Part shown: piece after piece, positions 53,724-64,000 of the stretch
Layout: each line of letters opens with the position of its first letter
How positions within the stretch are numbered: the stretch's first letter is position 1
Source of the DNA: Chloropicon primus
Lineage: Eukaryota
Length of the DNA: 64,000 nt
Direction: 5' to 3'
Assembly: GCA_023205875.1 (NCBI GenBank)
Contig: CP060758.1
Span: 62,001 to 126,000, forward strand
Program-made: the position numbers and the translations under genes
The notes under the pieces: model-generated
Told to the model about the DNA's origin: nothing
The model's input: only the letters and a program-made list of their open reading frames with translations
Databases searched by the model: none

Positions 53724-55121
53724 TTAGTTGGGTCTCATGTTGAGGGCCTTGACGACAGCGTTGCTGAAGTTTTGCCTGATGGCGTGAATTCCAGAGCCTT
53801 GGTCGGTCGGGTAGACCCTGTTCGTGAGCAGCACCAAGTAAACTCCGTTGATGGGATCGCCGCAGACCATCGTGCCCGTGTAACCCAGGTGCATGAAGGT
53901 CTTGGAGGAGAAATTCCCGCAAGAAAGATTCCAACCCTCGTCGTGGACTGTCGGATCATTCGTGTTCCATCCCAGGGCTCTGCTTGAGATTGCGTTGTCT
54001 CTCTCTGTCGTGAAGGTCTCGATGGTCGTCTTATTGAGGAAGACGTAGGGCGAAGGCAAACCGCTCATGTTGATTCCAGGAAACAGGAGCGTGTGCATCA
54101 AAGCAGCGAGGTCGCTTGCAGTCGCGAAGGTACCCGCGTGGCCAGAAATTCCACCGAGCATCTCAGCATTGCCATCCTCCACCCTGCCTTGGAGCGTTAC
54201 GTTAAGGCCTTCCGCAGCCGGGATCACCGTTGGCGCTGTGTGAGACCTTGCGTTCACAGGAGGCCTGTACGCAGGGAAGGACATCGCTTGGCCGCTCGCT
54301 CGCTCTACCTGAGGCAAAATCACAGTCCTGAGGAAGCCTTCGAATTCGCACTGCAACTTCACCGGGTAGATTCCGTCCATCTCCATGCACTCTCGCATCA
54401 AGTTGTCGCCCTCGACCAAGTGGTTGTCGTGTATCACTTTGCCTGCCACGAACATCATCGTGATCATGCTCAAGTCGCTGTACACGTACCGAGTCCCCGG
54501 CGGAGCATCCACAGTTTGAGTCATGAGAGAATCAAAAATTCTGTGGGTGCAGGCGAACGACTGCTCCAGTGGAAGAGGCGCGCCATCGCAGCCGAACTTT
54601 GGGTCCCAGTAACAGGGCGATGGGTCTGGCGGGAACCCGGCCTGGTGGAGCATGCAATCCTCCACCGTGATGTTTCCCTTCCCTCCCTGAGCGAACTCCG
54701 GCCCGAGGAGGTCCGGGCTGGACACAAGGGTGTCCAAACTCAGCAGGCCCTTCTCGTACAGCCAGGCCACCACCGAGGTCGTTCCCACGACTTTCGTCAG
54801 GCTCGCGAGGTCAAACAAGGTGTGGCTCCCGATTTCTTCGTTCGTGTGCGAGTACGGAGGAACCTTTCCGTACGTCATCCGGCCGACGTAGTGCTCGAAA
54901 ACTATGCCACCGTACCCCTTCTCGCTTCTCGTGCCCACAACGGCAGCCGCTCCCGGATACACCCGAGACTCCACACCCCCCTCCAGCACCCTAATTGCCT
55001 CTTCCCAAGTGTCGTCGCGGTCTCGCCGCGCCTCCCTCGCCCCTGCACTTGGGCCCCATAGTGCCCCTAGCACCACCACGACCAGCAACCACCCCGAGCA
55101 CACCCGTCCACCCCGTTTCAT
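53724..55121 (-). CDS. Secreted beta-lactamase-family serine hydrolase
   Basis: Signal peptide; FDLASLTK (SxxK), YVYSD (Y motif), GHAG.F, HLGYTGT, LLTNRVYP. Confidence 0.9.
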   Translation of the reverse strand: MKRGGRVCSGWLLVVVVLGALWGPSAGAREARRDRDDTWEEAIRVLEGGVESRVYPGAAAVVGTRSEKGYGGIVFEHYVGRMTYGKVPPYSHTNEEIGSHTLFDLASLTKVVGTTSVVAWLYEKGLLSLDTLVSSPDLLGPEFAQGGKGNITVEDCMLHQAGFPPDPSPCYWDPKFGCDGAPLPLEQSFACTHRIFDSLMTQTVDAPPGTRYVYSDLSMITMMFVAGKVIHDNHLVEGDNLMRECMEMDGIYPVKLQCEFEGFLRTVILPQVERASGQAMSFPAYRPPVNARSHTAPTVIPAAEGLNVTLQGRVEDGNAEMLGGISGHAGTFATASDLAALMHTLLFPGINMSGLPSPYVFLNKTTIETFTTERDNAISSRALGWNTNDPTVHDEGWNLSCGNFSSKTFMHLGYTGTMVCGDPINGVYLVLLTNRVYPTDQGSGIHAIRQNFSNAVVKALNMRPN

Positions 55122-55545
55122 GTTTACGCCAAGCCAACAACTAGCGAGGCCTGCTTCTTCCCAAACCAGCAATCACCCAATCGCACCGGCACTCACCTTC
55201 CTTCCGGTACAACCCAAGGACGGTGGACCCAGGCAAGTCTATCCACCCTTGTTCCCCTTGCCTTGCTCGGGACCAACGCCACCACCCCAGCAAAGTCAAA
55301 GCAGTGAAGCACTTGTCCCTGAAACCCGATGGAATGACGATACCGAATCGAAGGCCTCCCCCGCTTGCCCTCTGCGATACCTTCCCTTCCCTGCCTCTGC
55401 AACCTGCAACCGCCTTGGTTTTGGACTCCTCTGGCTTGCCTCCCTCCCTTGTCCTTGGGATGAACGCACTTTTTTGGAACTTCAAAATCGCGCGGTCGGA
55501 AGCGGAGGAGGGCGAGGAGAGGAGAGGAGAGGAGAGGAGAGGAGG

Positions 55546-56763
55546 ATGTGGTTAGCGATACTTGCCGCGGTGGTGTCCTCAGGGGCAAGCAGCGTAGGGA
55601 AAGGTAAGGAGACGTCATCGTCACATCACATCACATCACACGAACGAAAGGAGGAAAGGACGAAACCTCCTGGCTTGGCGATTGCGTTTGGAAAGGGTGG
55701 CTGCCCGAGTGGTTGGTCAGTGGGACTGACTCTCTCTGTCTCTGTCTCTCTCTCTCTGTCCGTCTGTTTGTGGATCTGCCTGCTTCATCGTGTTCTACCG
55801 ACAGCGCTGCAGAGGAAGGGGACGAAGACGTTGCCACAATTCTCGGCGGACCTTCAAACGATACGAAAGTACTTGGTGAATAAGACTTGGGTGCTGGGAT
55901 TGTTGGCGGACGTGTCTGGGTCGTTTTTCATGGTCTCGGCGCTGGCGAATGCTCCGGTGTCCGTCATACAGCCCGTCTCCGGGGGAGGCCTCGTCTTCCT
56001 TTCGCTGCTTAGCCACTTCTTTTTCAATGAGAAGCTCAAGTTTGGCGAGTGGTTGGCTGTGGGCCTGTGCTTTTGTGGGATAGTGGGCGTTGGGATCGCC
56101 ACCTCTGGGATAAATCCGGAGGGACAGACGACTAATATAGCAAGACTCATCTGCACCCTCGTCGCCTTCTTTGCTGTGCTCATATTCGGGCTCCGCAAGG
56201 TGAGGCAGATGAACAAGGGGAAGGCCGCAAAGCCACGCTTTTTCGCGCCCACTTGTGGCCTGTTCGCCGGGTGCTTCTTCTCACTCTCTGCAACGACGAC
56301 GAGGAGCGGATTCGTGGTGGGGGAGCTTGTAGGCCAGCGCCTGTTTTTCGGCCTCCTTGGGATCGGTTGCAGCCTCATGAACACGAGTATTGGTTTCGTG
56401 TACCAAACCCTCGGCTTGAGGGAGGGAAACGCTGTGATGATAAGCACGATAACGACCGTGACAGCGATAATGGTTGGAATGTTCCTGGGGATAGTGGCGC
56501 TAGGAGAGACGCTGCCCGCGACGAGGCCCACGTTTACGCTCCACGTGCTCAGCTGTGCCACAATAACTACAGGGAGTTTAGCGCTGGGCAACGGGGGCTG
56601 GGGCATAAATGCAGACCTGAGCTTTTTGGACAAGGCTCTGAAGTCGAAGGCGGTGTCAAGCGTGCTGCCCAACCAAATTCGATTCTTTTTGCAGCGCTAC
56701 GTGAGCTCCGCCTCCAAGCTTCCCTTGTACAATCCTAACGTGGACAGCAAGAGTGCGAACTGA
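55546..56763 (+). CDS. DMT-superfamily/NIPA-like membrane transporter; intron 55604-55804
   Basis: MWLAILAAVVSS...GK|ALQRKG, W..GLLAD..G, ALANAPVSVIQP; about 9 TM segments. Confidence 0.82.
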   Translation: MWLAILAAVVSSGASSVGKGKETSSSHHITSHERKEERTKPPGLAIAFGKGGCPSGWSVGLTLSVSVSLSLSVCLWICLLHRVLPTALQRKGTKTLPQFSADLQTIRKYLVNKTWVLGLLADVSGSFFMVSALANAPVSVIQPVSGGGLVFLSLLSHFFFNEKLKFGEWLAVGLCFCGIVGVGIATSGINPEGQTTNIARLICTLVAFFAVLIFGLRKVRQMNKGKAAKPRFFAPTCGLFAGCFFSLSATTTRSGFVVGELVGQRLFFGLLGIGCSLMNTSIGFVYQTLGLREGNAVMISTITTVTAIMVGMFLGIVALGETLPATRPTFTLHVLSCATITTGSLALGNGGWGINADLSFLDKALKSKAVSSVLPNQIRFFLQRYVSSASKLPLYNPNVDSKSAN

Positions 56764-57116
56764 TGGTCGGATCCTCGAGGCTGTAATGTAAAGCGGTACT
56801 TGGTGCAACAGTAAGAATATGAACACTTCCGTTAAGCGTGGCGGAGACAAACGAATGGTGATGATGATGCTACTGAACAAGTGCTTGAGAGAATATATTA
56901 TACAAGCTTTTATTTGCTTCAATGGATCATACAAGATGAAGCAAAACATGCAACATGCAACATGCAGAGGGGAACAAGAATCAGGGGGGGTGGGGAGAGA
57001 ACATGCAGAGGCCAAGGTGTACGTTGGTGTCCACCTTGACCCAAAGAAAAATCAAAGCGAGAGCTCAGAAAGCACAAAGAATGCAAGCAGGCAGGCGATC
57101 AAAGTCTTTCTTTGCC

Positions 57117-58325
57117 TCACTTTCCAGGTCCAGGGAAGGCAATATCCACTGCGGTGAGTGGCAAGGCGCCACCTCCCAATCCTCGAAGAGCATCCTGCAC
57201 GCCGAACAGGGCGGGCTCCTTGCTGCTTCTTCCGGCTCCAATGCCAGCGCTGGCGCCAACAAAGGTAGGGGTGGAAAGAGCCACGTCGTTACCGGCGGCA
57301 ACGCGGAAAGGCCTCGACTCGCTGATCGTAGCTCCATCAAAGTAAGAGTTGGCGGTTCCGACAGGCTCGTAGTGGAGGTTGGTCATGTGGCCCTCCGTGG
57401 CAGACTCCGCAAAAGTCTGCTTGGGGCTGCTTTGCCTCACGCCAGTCCTCGCCTGAGTTCCAGAGTTGCCGCTGGCCTTGCCGAACAATCCCGAGGACGC
57501 CCAGGTGGCGGACTTGGTCAGAGACCAGTCCGTGCCATTCCCCCCTCTCTGCCTGAACCCAATGGCACCGTTGGCGGAGGTGATCTCGGCATGTGGTCCC
57601 TTGGCCTCGATGTGAGATCCACCAGTAGCACTGGCAAACCTCCTGCTTCTTGTCTCCTCCTCCTCGCCCACATCAAGGAGTCTCCTTCCGTGTCCAGGGA
57701 AGGCGACATCCACTGCGGCGAGTGGCAAGACTCCACCTCCAAAGGCTCGAAGAGCATCCTGCGTGCCGAACAGGGCGGGCTCCGTCAGCGCCACTCCGGC
57801 TCCAATGCCAGCACTGGCGCCAGCGAAGAGAGGGGTCGCAAGGGCAACGTCGTTACCGGCGGCAACATCGAGAGGCCTTTCCAAGCTCGATCCAGATCCA
57901 TCAAAGTAAGAGTTGGCCGTGCTGTGAGGCTCGTAGTGGAAGTTGCTCATGTGAGCGTCGGTGGCAGACTCTCCGTGGGTGCTGATGTCGTCACCCTTGC
58001 CGGTGTCCGCGTACGTTCCTGAGTTACCATTGGCCTCGCCGTACAATCCGGAGGACACATAGGTGGCGGACTTAGTCAGAGACCAATCGGTCTTGTCCTT
58101 CTCTCTGTACGCGATGGCTGCGTTTCCGGAAGAGACGTGGGCATTGGGCCCCTTGGAAGAGACGTGGGATCCACCAGTAGCCCTGGCGAACTGTCTCGAG
58201 GGTGGGATGCCGGTTCCCTCGTTGTAGAACGAGTTGCTGCAAGCCGCGGAGCTGACCGCGAGTGCGGCCAATGCAAGGTACATGGCCTTCTTGCTCATAT
58301 TGTTGTTGTTGTTGTTCGAGTTCAT
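57117..58325 (-). CDS. Secreted two-domain polyprotein, copy 1
   Basis: MNSN..MSKKAMYLALAALAVSSAAC signal, two homologous ~165-aa G/A/S/T-rich domains, linker GHGRRLLDVGEEEETRSRR, terminal PGK. Confidence 0.8.
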   Translation of the reverse strand: MNSNNNNNNMSKKAMYLALAALAVSSAACSNSFYNEGTGIPPSRQFARATGGSHVSSKGPNAHVSSGNAAIAYREKDKTDWSLTKSATYVSSGLYGEANGNSGTYADTGKGDDISTHGESATDAHMSNFHYEPHSTANSYFDGSGSSLERPLDVAAGNDVALATPLFAGASAGIGAGVALTEPALFGTQDALRAFGGGVLPLAAVDVAFPGHGRRLLDVGEEEETRSRRFASATGGSHIEAKGPHAEITSANGAIGFRQRGGNGTDWSLTKSATWASSGLFGKASGNSGTQARTGVRQSSPKQTFAESATEGHMTNLHYEPVGTANSYFDGATISESRPFRVAAGNDVALSTPTFVGASAGIGAGRSSKEPALFGVQDALRGLGGGALPLTAVDIAFPGPGK

Positions 58326-58417
58326 GGTTGACTGGTGAGTGATCGTGGGTGTTGCTGGAAGCAAGCAGTTGGCGACAGCCTGATCAAAAATGTGATCCCG
58401 TTTTGGGCCGAAGGCCC

Positions 58418-58425
58418 TATTTATA
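58418..58425 (-). promoter_or_regulatory. TATA box (TATAAATA) of array genes; also at 60401, 61820 and 63802
   Basis: About 93 bp upstream of the ATG in every unit. Confidence 0.7.
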
Positions 58426-59099
58426 GGTCGGCCGGGCCGGAGCGGAGGGAGGCGAAAACCGGTTTGCCCCGTGGCAATCGAGTGGACGGCGCTGTCCTCT
58501 CCGTTTTGTCCACCCCTTTTGCCGTTGGGATCGGCGTCATTGCCACACTTTGGTCGCCAGGCGGCCATTTTTGCCAGAGCTCGAGGCAAAATCCTCGTGT
58601 TTTTGCCGTTATTTATCCATGGACGCGTACACTAAAAATGAGATGTGAGAGATCGGGCGCTTGGAGGAGGACGGGACCGTGCGTGGTTTTGCTCCCAGGG
58701 CTTGACCAAGACGGCAACCCCTCACGATGGCGATCCCCTTGTCCCTCACGGGTAGGATCTCCCTCCCCTTTGGTGCGATGCTTGCCCCTTTCAAGCTAGA
58801 ATTTCCGGACACCAAGCAAGCAGGAGGAAAGAAAGTGGACGAGGGAGAGAGCAGTGGAGGCAAAAGGTAATTGAAATATATTGTACAAGCTTTTATTTGC
58901 TTCAATGGATCATACAAGATGAAGCAAAACATGCAACATGCAACATGCAGAGGGGAGCAAGAATCAGGGGGGGTGCGGAGAGAACATGCAGAGGCCAAGG
59001 TGTACGTTGGTGTCCACCTTGACCCAAAGAAAAATCAAAGCGAGAGCTCAGAAAGCACAAAGAATGCAAGCAGGCAGGCGATCAAAGTCTTTCTTTGCC

Positions 59100-60308
59100 T
59101 CACTTTCCAGGTCCAGGGAAGGCAATATCCACTGCGGTGAGTGGCAAGGCGCCACCTCCCAATCCTCGAAGAGCATCCTGCACGCCGAACAGGGCGGGCT
59201 CCTTGCTGCTTCTTCCGGCTCCAATGCCAGCGCTGGCGCCAACAAAGGTAGGGGTGGAAAGAGCCACGTCGTTACCGGCGGCAACGCGGAAAGGCCTCGA
59301 CTCGCTGATCGTAGCTCCATCAAAGTAAGAGTTGGCGGTTCCGACAGGCTCGTAGTGGAGGTTGGTCATGTGGCCCTCCGTGGCAGACTCCGCAAAAGTC
59401 TGCTTGGGGCTGCTTTGCCTCACGCCAGTCCTCGCCTGAGTTCCAGAGTTGCCGCTGGCCTTGCCGAACAATCCCGAGGACGCCCAGGTGGCGGACTTGG
59501 TCAGAGACCAGTCCGTGCCATTCCCCCCTCTCTGCCTGAACCCAATGGCACCGTTGGCGGAGGTGATCTCGGCATGTGGTCCCTTGGCCTCGATGTGAGA
59601 TCCACCAGTAGCACTGGCAAACCTCCTGCTTCTTGTCTCCTCCTCCTCGCCCACATCAAGGAGTCTCCTTCCGTGTCCAGGGAAGGCGACATCCACTGCG
59701 GCGAGTGGCAAGACTCCACCTCCAAAGGCTCGAAGAGCATCCTGCGTGCCGAACAGGGCGGGCTCCGTCAGCGCCACTCCGGCTCCAATGCCAGCACTGG
59801 CGCCAGCGAAGAGAGGGGTCGCAAGGGCAACGTCGTTACCGGCGGCAACATCGAGAGGCCTTTCCAAGCTCGATCCAGATCCATCAAAGTAAGAGTTGGC
59901 CGTGCTGTGAGGCTCGTAGTGGAAGTTGCTCATGTGAGCGTCGGTGGCAGACTCTCCGTGGGTGCTGATGTCGTCACCCTTGCCGGTGTCCGCGTACGTT
60001 CCTGAGTTACCATTGGCCTCGCCGTACAATCCGGAGGACACATAGGTGGCGGACTTAGCCAGAGACCAATCGGTCTTGTCCTTCTCTCTGTACGCGATGG
60101 CTGCGTTTCCGGAAGAGACGTGGGCATTGGGCCCCTTGGAAGAGACGTGGGATCCACCAGTAGCCCTGGCGAACTGTCTCGAGGGTGGGATGCCGGTTCC
60201 CTCGTTGTAGAACGAGTTGCTGCAAGCCGCGGAGCTGACCGCGAGTGCGGCCAATGCAAGGTACATGGCCTTCTTGCTCATATTGTTGTTGTTGTTGTTC
60301 GAGTTCAT
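59100..60308 (-). CDS. Secreted two-domain polyprotein, copy 2
   Basis: Same as copy 1 except WSLAKS for WSLTKS. Confidence 0.8.
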   Translation of the reverse strand: MNSNNNNNNMSKKAMYLALAALAVSSAACSNSFYNEGTGIPPSRQFARATGGSHVSSKGPNAHVSSGNAAIAYREKDKTDWSLAKSATYVSSGLYGEANGNSGTYADTGKGDDISTHGESATDAHMSNFHYEPHSTANSYFDGSGSSLERPLDVAAGNDVALATPLFAGASAGIGAGVALTEPALFGTQDALRAFGGGVLPLAAVDVAFPGHGRRLLDVGEEEETRSRRFASATGGSHIEAKGPHAEITSANGAIGFRQRGGNGTDWSLTKSATWASSGLFGKASGNSGTQARTGVRQSSPKQTFAESATEGHMTNLHYEPVGTANSYFDGATISESRPFRVAAGNDVALSTPTFVGASAGIGAGRSSKEPALFGVQDALRGLGGGALPLTAVDIAFPGPGK

Positions 60309-61082
60309 GGTTGACTGGTGAGTGATCGTGGGTGTTGCTGGAAGCAAGCAGTTGGCGACAGCCTGATCAAAAATGTGATCCCGTTTTGGGCCGAAGGCCC
60401 TATTTATAGGTCGGCCGGGCCGGAGCGGAGGGAGGCGAAAACCGGTTTGCCCCGTGGCAATCGAGTGGACGGCGCTGTCCTCTCCGTTTTGTCCACCCCT
60501 TTTGCCGTTGGGATCGGCGTCATTGCCACACTTTGGTCGCCAGGCGGCCATTTTTGCCAGAGCTCGAGGCAAAATCCTCGTGTTTTTGCCGTTATTTATC
60601 CATGGACGCGTACACTAAAAATGAGATGTGAGAGATCGGGCGCTTGGAGGAGGACGGGACCGTGCGTGGTTTTGCTCCCAGGGCTTGACCAAGACGGCAA
60701 CCCCTCACGATGGCGATCCCCTTGTCCCTCACGGGTAGGATCTCCCTCCCCTTTGGTGCGATGCTTGCCCCTTTCAAGCTAGAATTTCCCGACACCAAGC
60801 AAGCAGGAGGAAAGAAAGTGGACGAGGGAGAGAGCAGTGGAGGCAAAAGGTAATTGAAATATATTGTACAAGCTTTTATTTGCTTCAATGGATCATACAA
60901 GATGAAGCAAAACATGCAACATGCAACATGCAGAGGGGAACAAGAATCAGGGGGGGTGCGGAGAGAACATGCAGAGGCCAAGGTGTACGTTGGTGTCCAC
61001 CTTGACCCAAAGAAAAATCAAAGCGAGAGCTCAGAAAGCACAAAGACTGCAAGCAGGCAGGCGATCAAAATCTTTCTTTGCC

Positions 61083-61727
61083 TCACTTTCCAGGTCCAGG
61101 GAAGGCGACATCCACTGCGGCGAGTGGCAAGACTCCACCTCCAAAGGCTCGAAGAGCATCCTGCGTGCCGAACAGGGCAGGCTCCGTCAGCGCCACTCCG
61201 GCTCCAATGCCAGCACTGGCGCCAGCGAAGAGAGGGGTCGCAAGGGCAACGTCGTTACCGGCGGCAACATCGAGAGGCCTTTCCAAGCTCGATCCAGATC
61301 CATCAAAGTAAGAGTTGGCCGTGCTGTGAGGCTCGTAGTGGAAGTTGCTCATGTGAGCGTCGGTGGCAGACTCTCCGTGGGTGCTGATGTCGTCACCCTT
61401 GCCGGTGTCCGCGTACGTTCCTGAGTTACCATTGGCCTCGCCGTACAATCCGGAGGACGTCCAGGTGGCGGACTTGGTCAGAGACCAATCGGTCTTGTCC
61501 TTCTCTCTGTACGCGATGGCTGCGTTTCCGGAAGAGACGTGGGCATTGGGCCCCTTGGAAGAGACGTGGGATCCACCAGTAGCCCTGCCGAACTGTCTCA
61601 AGGGTGGGATGCCGGTTCCCTCGTTGTAGAACGAGTTGCTGCAAGCCGCGGAGCTGACCGCGAGTGCGGCCAATGCAAGGTACATGGCCTTCTTGCTCAT
61701 ATTGTTGTTGTTGTTGTTCGAGTTCAT
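61083..61727 (-). CDS. Single-domain chimeric variant of the polyprotein, copy 3
   Basis: Domain A body ending directly in domain B's FPGPGK*; 564 bp shorter than the other copies. Confidence 0.78.
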   Translation of the reverse strand: MNSNNNNNNMSKKAMYLALAALAVSSAACSNSFYNEGTGIPPLRQFGRATGGSHVSSKGPNAHVSSGNAAIAYREKDKTDWSLTKSATWTSSGLYGEANGNSGTYADTGKGDDISTHGESATDAHMSNFHYEPHSTANSYFDGSGSSLERPLDVAAGNDVALATPLFAGASAGIGAGVALTEPALFGTQDALRAFGGGVLPLAAVDVAFPGPGK

Positions 61728-62501
61728 GGTTGACTGGTGAGTGATCGTGGGTGTTGCTGGAAGCAAGCAGTTGGCGACAGCCTGATCAAAAATGTGATCC
61801 CGTTTTGGGCCGAAGGCCCTATTTATAGGTCGGCCGGGCCGGAGCGGAGGGAGGCGAAAACCGGTTTGCCCCGTGGCAATCGAGTGGACGGCGCTGTCCT
61901 CTCCGTTTTGTCCACCCCTTTTGCCGTTGGGATCGGCGTCATTGCCACACTTTGGTCGCCAGGCGGCCATTTTTGCCAGAGCTCGAGGCAAAATCCTCGT
62001 GTTTTTGCCGTTATTTATCCATGGACGCGTACACTAAAAATGAGATGTGAGAGATCGGGCGCTTGGAGGAGGACGGGACCGTGCGTGGTTTTGCTCCCAG
62101 GGCTTGACCAAGACGGCAACCCCTCACGATGGCGATCCCCTTGTCCCTCACGGGTAGGATCTCCCTCCCCTTTGGTGCGATGCTTGCCCCTTTCAAGCTA
62201 GAATTTCCGGACACCAAGCAAGCAGGAGGAAAGAAAGTGGACGAGGGAGAGAGCAGTGGAGGCAAAAGGTAATTGAAATATATTGTACAAGCTTTTATTT
62301 GCTTCAATGGATCATACAAGATGAAGCAAAACATGCAACATGCAACATGCAGAGGGGAGCAAGAATCAGGGGGGGTGCGGAGAGAACATGCAGAGGCCAA
62401 GGTGTACGTTGGTGTCCACCTTGACCCAAAGAAAAATCAAAGCGAGAGCTCAGAAAGCACAAAGAATGCAAGCAGGCAGGCGATCAAAGTCTTTCTTTGC
62501 C

Positions 62502-63709
62502 TCACTTTCCAGGTCCAGGGAAGGCAATATCCACTGCGGTGAGTGGCAAGGCGCCACCTCCCAATCCTCGAAGAGCATCCTGCACGCCGAACAGGGCGGG
62601 CTCCTTGCTGCTTCTTCCGGCTCCAATGCCAGCGCTGGCGCCAACAAAGGTAGGGGTGGAAAGAGCCACGTCGTTACCGGCGGCAACGCGGAAAGGCCTC
62701 GACTCGCTGATCGTAGCTCCATCAAAGTAAGAGTTGGCGGTTCCGACAGGCTCGTAGTGGAGGTTGGTCATGTGGCCCTCCGTGGCAGACTCCGCAAAAG
62801 TCTGCTTGGGGCTGCTTTGCCTCACGCCAGTCCTCGCCTGAGTTCCAGAGTTGCCGCTGGCCTTGCCGAACAATCCCGAGGACGCCCAGGTGGCGGACTT
62901 GGTCAGAGACCAGTCCGTGCCATTCCCCCTCTCTGCCTGAACCCAATGGCACCGTTGGCGGAGGTGATCTCGGCATGTGGTCCCTTGGCCTCGATGTGAG
63001 ATCCACCAGTAGCACTGGCAAACCTCCTGCTTCTTGTCTCCTCCTCCTCGCCCACATCAAGGAGTCTCCTTCCGTGTCCAGGGAAGGCGACATCCACTGC
63101 GGCGAGTGGCAAGACTCCACCTCCAAAGGCTCGAAGAGCATCCTGCGTGCCGAACAGGGCGGGCTCCGTCAGCGCCACTCCGGCTCCAATGCCAGCACTG
63201 GCGCCAGCGAAGAGAGGGGTCGCAAGGGCAACGTCGTTACCGGCGGCAACATCGAGAGGCCTTTCCAAGCTCGATCCAGATCCATCAAAGTAAGAGTTGG
63301 CCGTGCTGTGAGGCTCGTAGTGGAAGTTGCTCATGTGAGCGTCGGTGGCAGACTCTCCGTGGGTGCTGATGTCGTCACCCTTGCCGGTGTCCGCGTACGT
63401 TCCTGAGTTACCATTGGCCTCGCCGTACAATCCGGAGGACACATAGGTGGCGGACTTAGCCAGAGACCAATCGGTCTTGTCCTTCTCTCTGTACGCGATG
63501 GCTGCGTTTCCGGAAGAGACGTGGGCATTGGGCCCCTTGGAAGAGACGTGGGATCCACCAGTAGCCCTGGCGAACTGTCTCGAGGGTGGGATGCCGGTTC
63601 CCTCGTTGTAGAACGAGTTGCTGCAAGCCGCGGAGCTGACCGCGAGTGCGGCCAATGCAAGGTACATGGCCTTCTTGCTCATATTGTTGTTGTTGTTGTT
63701 CGAGTTCAT
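62502..63709 (-). pseudogene. Polyprotein copy 4 with a 1-bp frameshift in domain B (or homopolymer sequencing error)
   Basis: The C-run at about 62925 has 5 C against 6 C in copies 1 and 2, splitting the ORF. Confidence 0.6.
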
Positions 63710-64000
63710 GGTTGACTGGTGAGTGATCGTGGGTGTTGCTGGAAGCAAGCAGTTGGCGACAGCCTGATCAAAAATGTGATCCCGTTTTGGGCCGAAGGCC
63801 CTATTTATAGGTCGGCCGGGCCGGAGCGGAGGGAGGCGAAAACCGGTTTGCCCCGTGGCAATCGAGTGGACGGCGCTGTCCTCTCCGTTTTGTCCACCCC
63901 TTTGCCGTTGGGATCGGCGTCATTGCCACACTTTGGTCGCCAGGCGGCCATTTTTGCCAGAGCTCGAGGCAAAATCCTCGTGTTTTTGCCGTTATTTATC

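Larger units (their letters stand above)
56892..64000. repeat. Tandem gene array: units of 1983, 1983 and 1419 bp, then a fourth unit running off the window edge
   Basis: Near-identical blocks; equivalent stop codons at 57117, 59100, 61083 and 62502. Confidence 0.97.

Noticed and set aside
58326..58589. 88-aa N-terminal extension of the array ORFs shown in the ORF track
   Set aside because: It starts at a non-ATG codon and spans the TATA box; the signal peptide follows the downstream ATGs.

Overview
Compact, GC-rich eukaryotic nuclear DNA with short GT-AG introns and plastid-targeted genes (starch synthase III, Z-ISO, flavodoxin, CGFS glutaredoxin). It is most consistent with a small-genome green alga; a Chloropicon-like identity is my inference. 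About 30 protein genes are packed tightly. Highlights: (1) a circularly permuted tRNA-Phe(GAA) gene, with the 3' half at 1067-1102 upstream of the 5' half at 1210-1246, complementary leader/trailer and an upstream TATA; (2) immediately downstream, a ~3 kb island encoding a serine-recombinase (resolvase)-like domain, linked across a 1-nt frameshift to a Cys-rich ORF; (3) a spliced gene fusing an RPN10-like vWA domain to an RPN13-like Pru domain; (4) a ~2 kb-unit tandem array of secreted, prohormone-like polyproteins with dibasic/furin sites and Gly-basic amidation signals; (5) a TAATG stop/start overlap suggesting a bicistronic locus; (6) rearrangement scars: a relic flavodoxin exon 1, a 3'-truncated Z-ISO and an ATPase-less CHD fragment. 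All protein assignments come from motif recognition by eye, not database searches.
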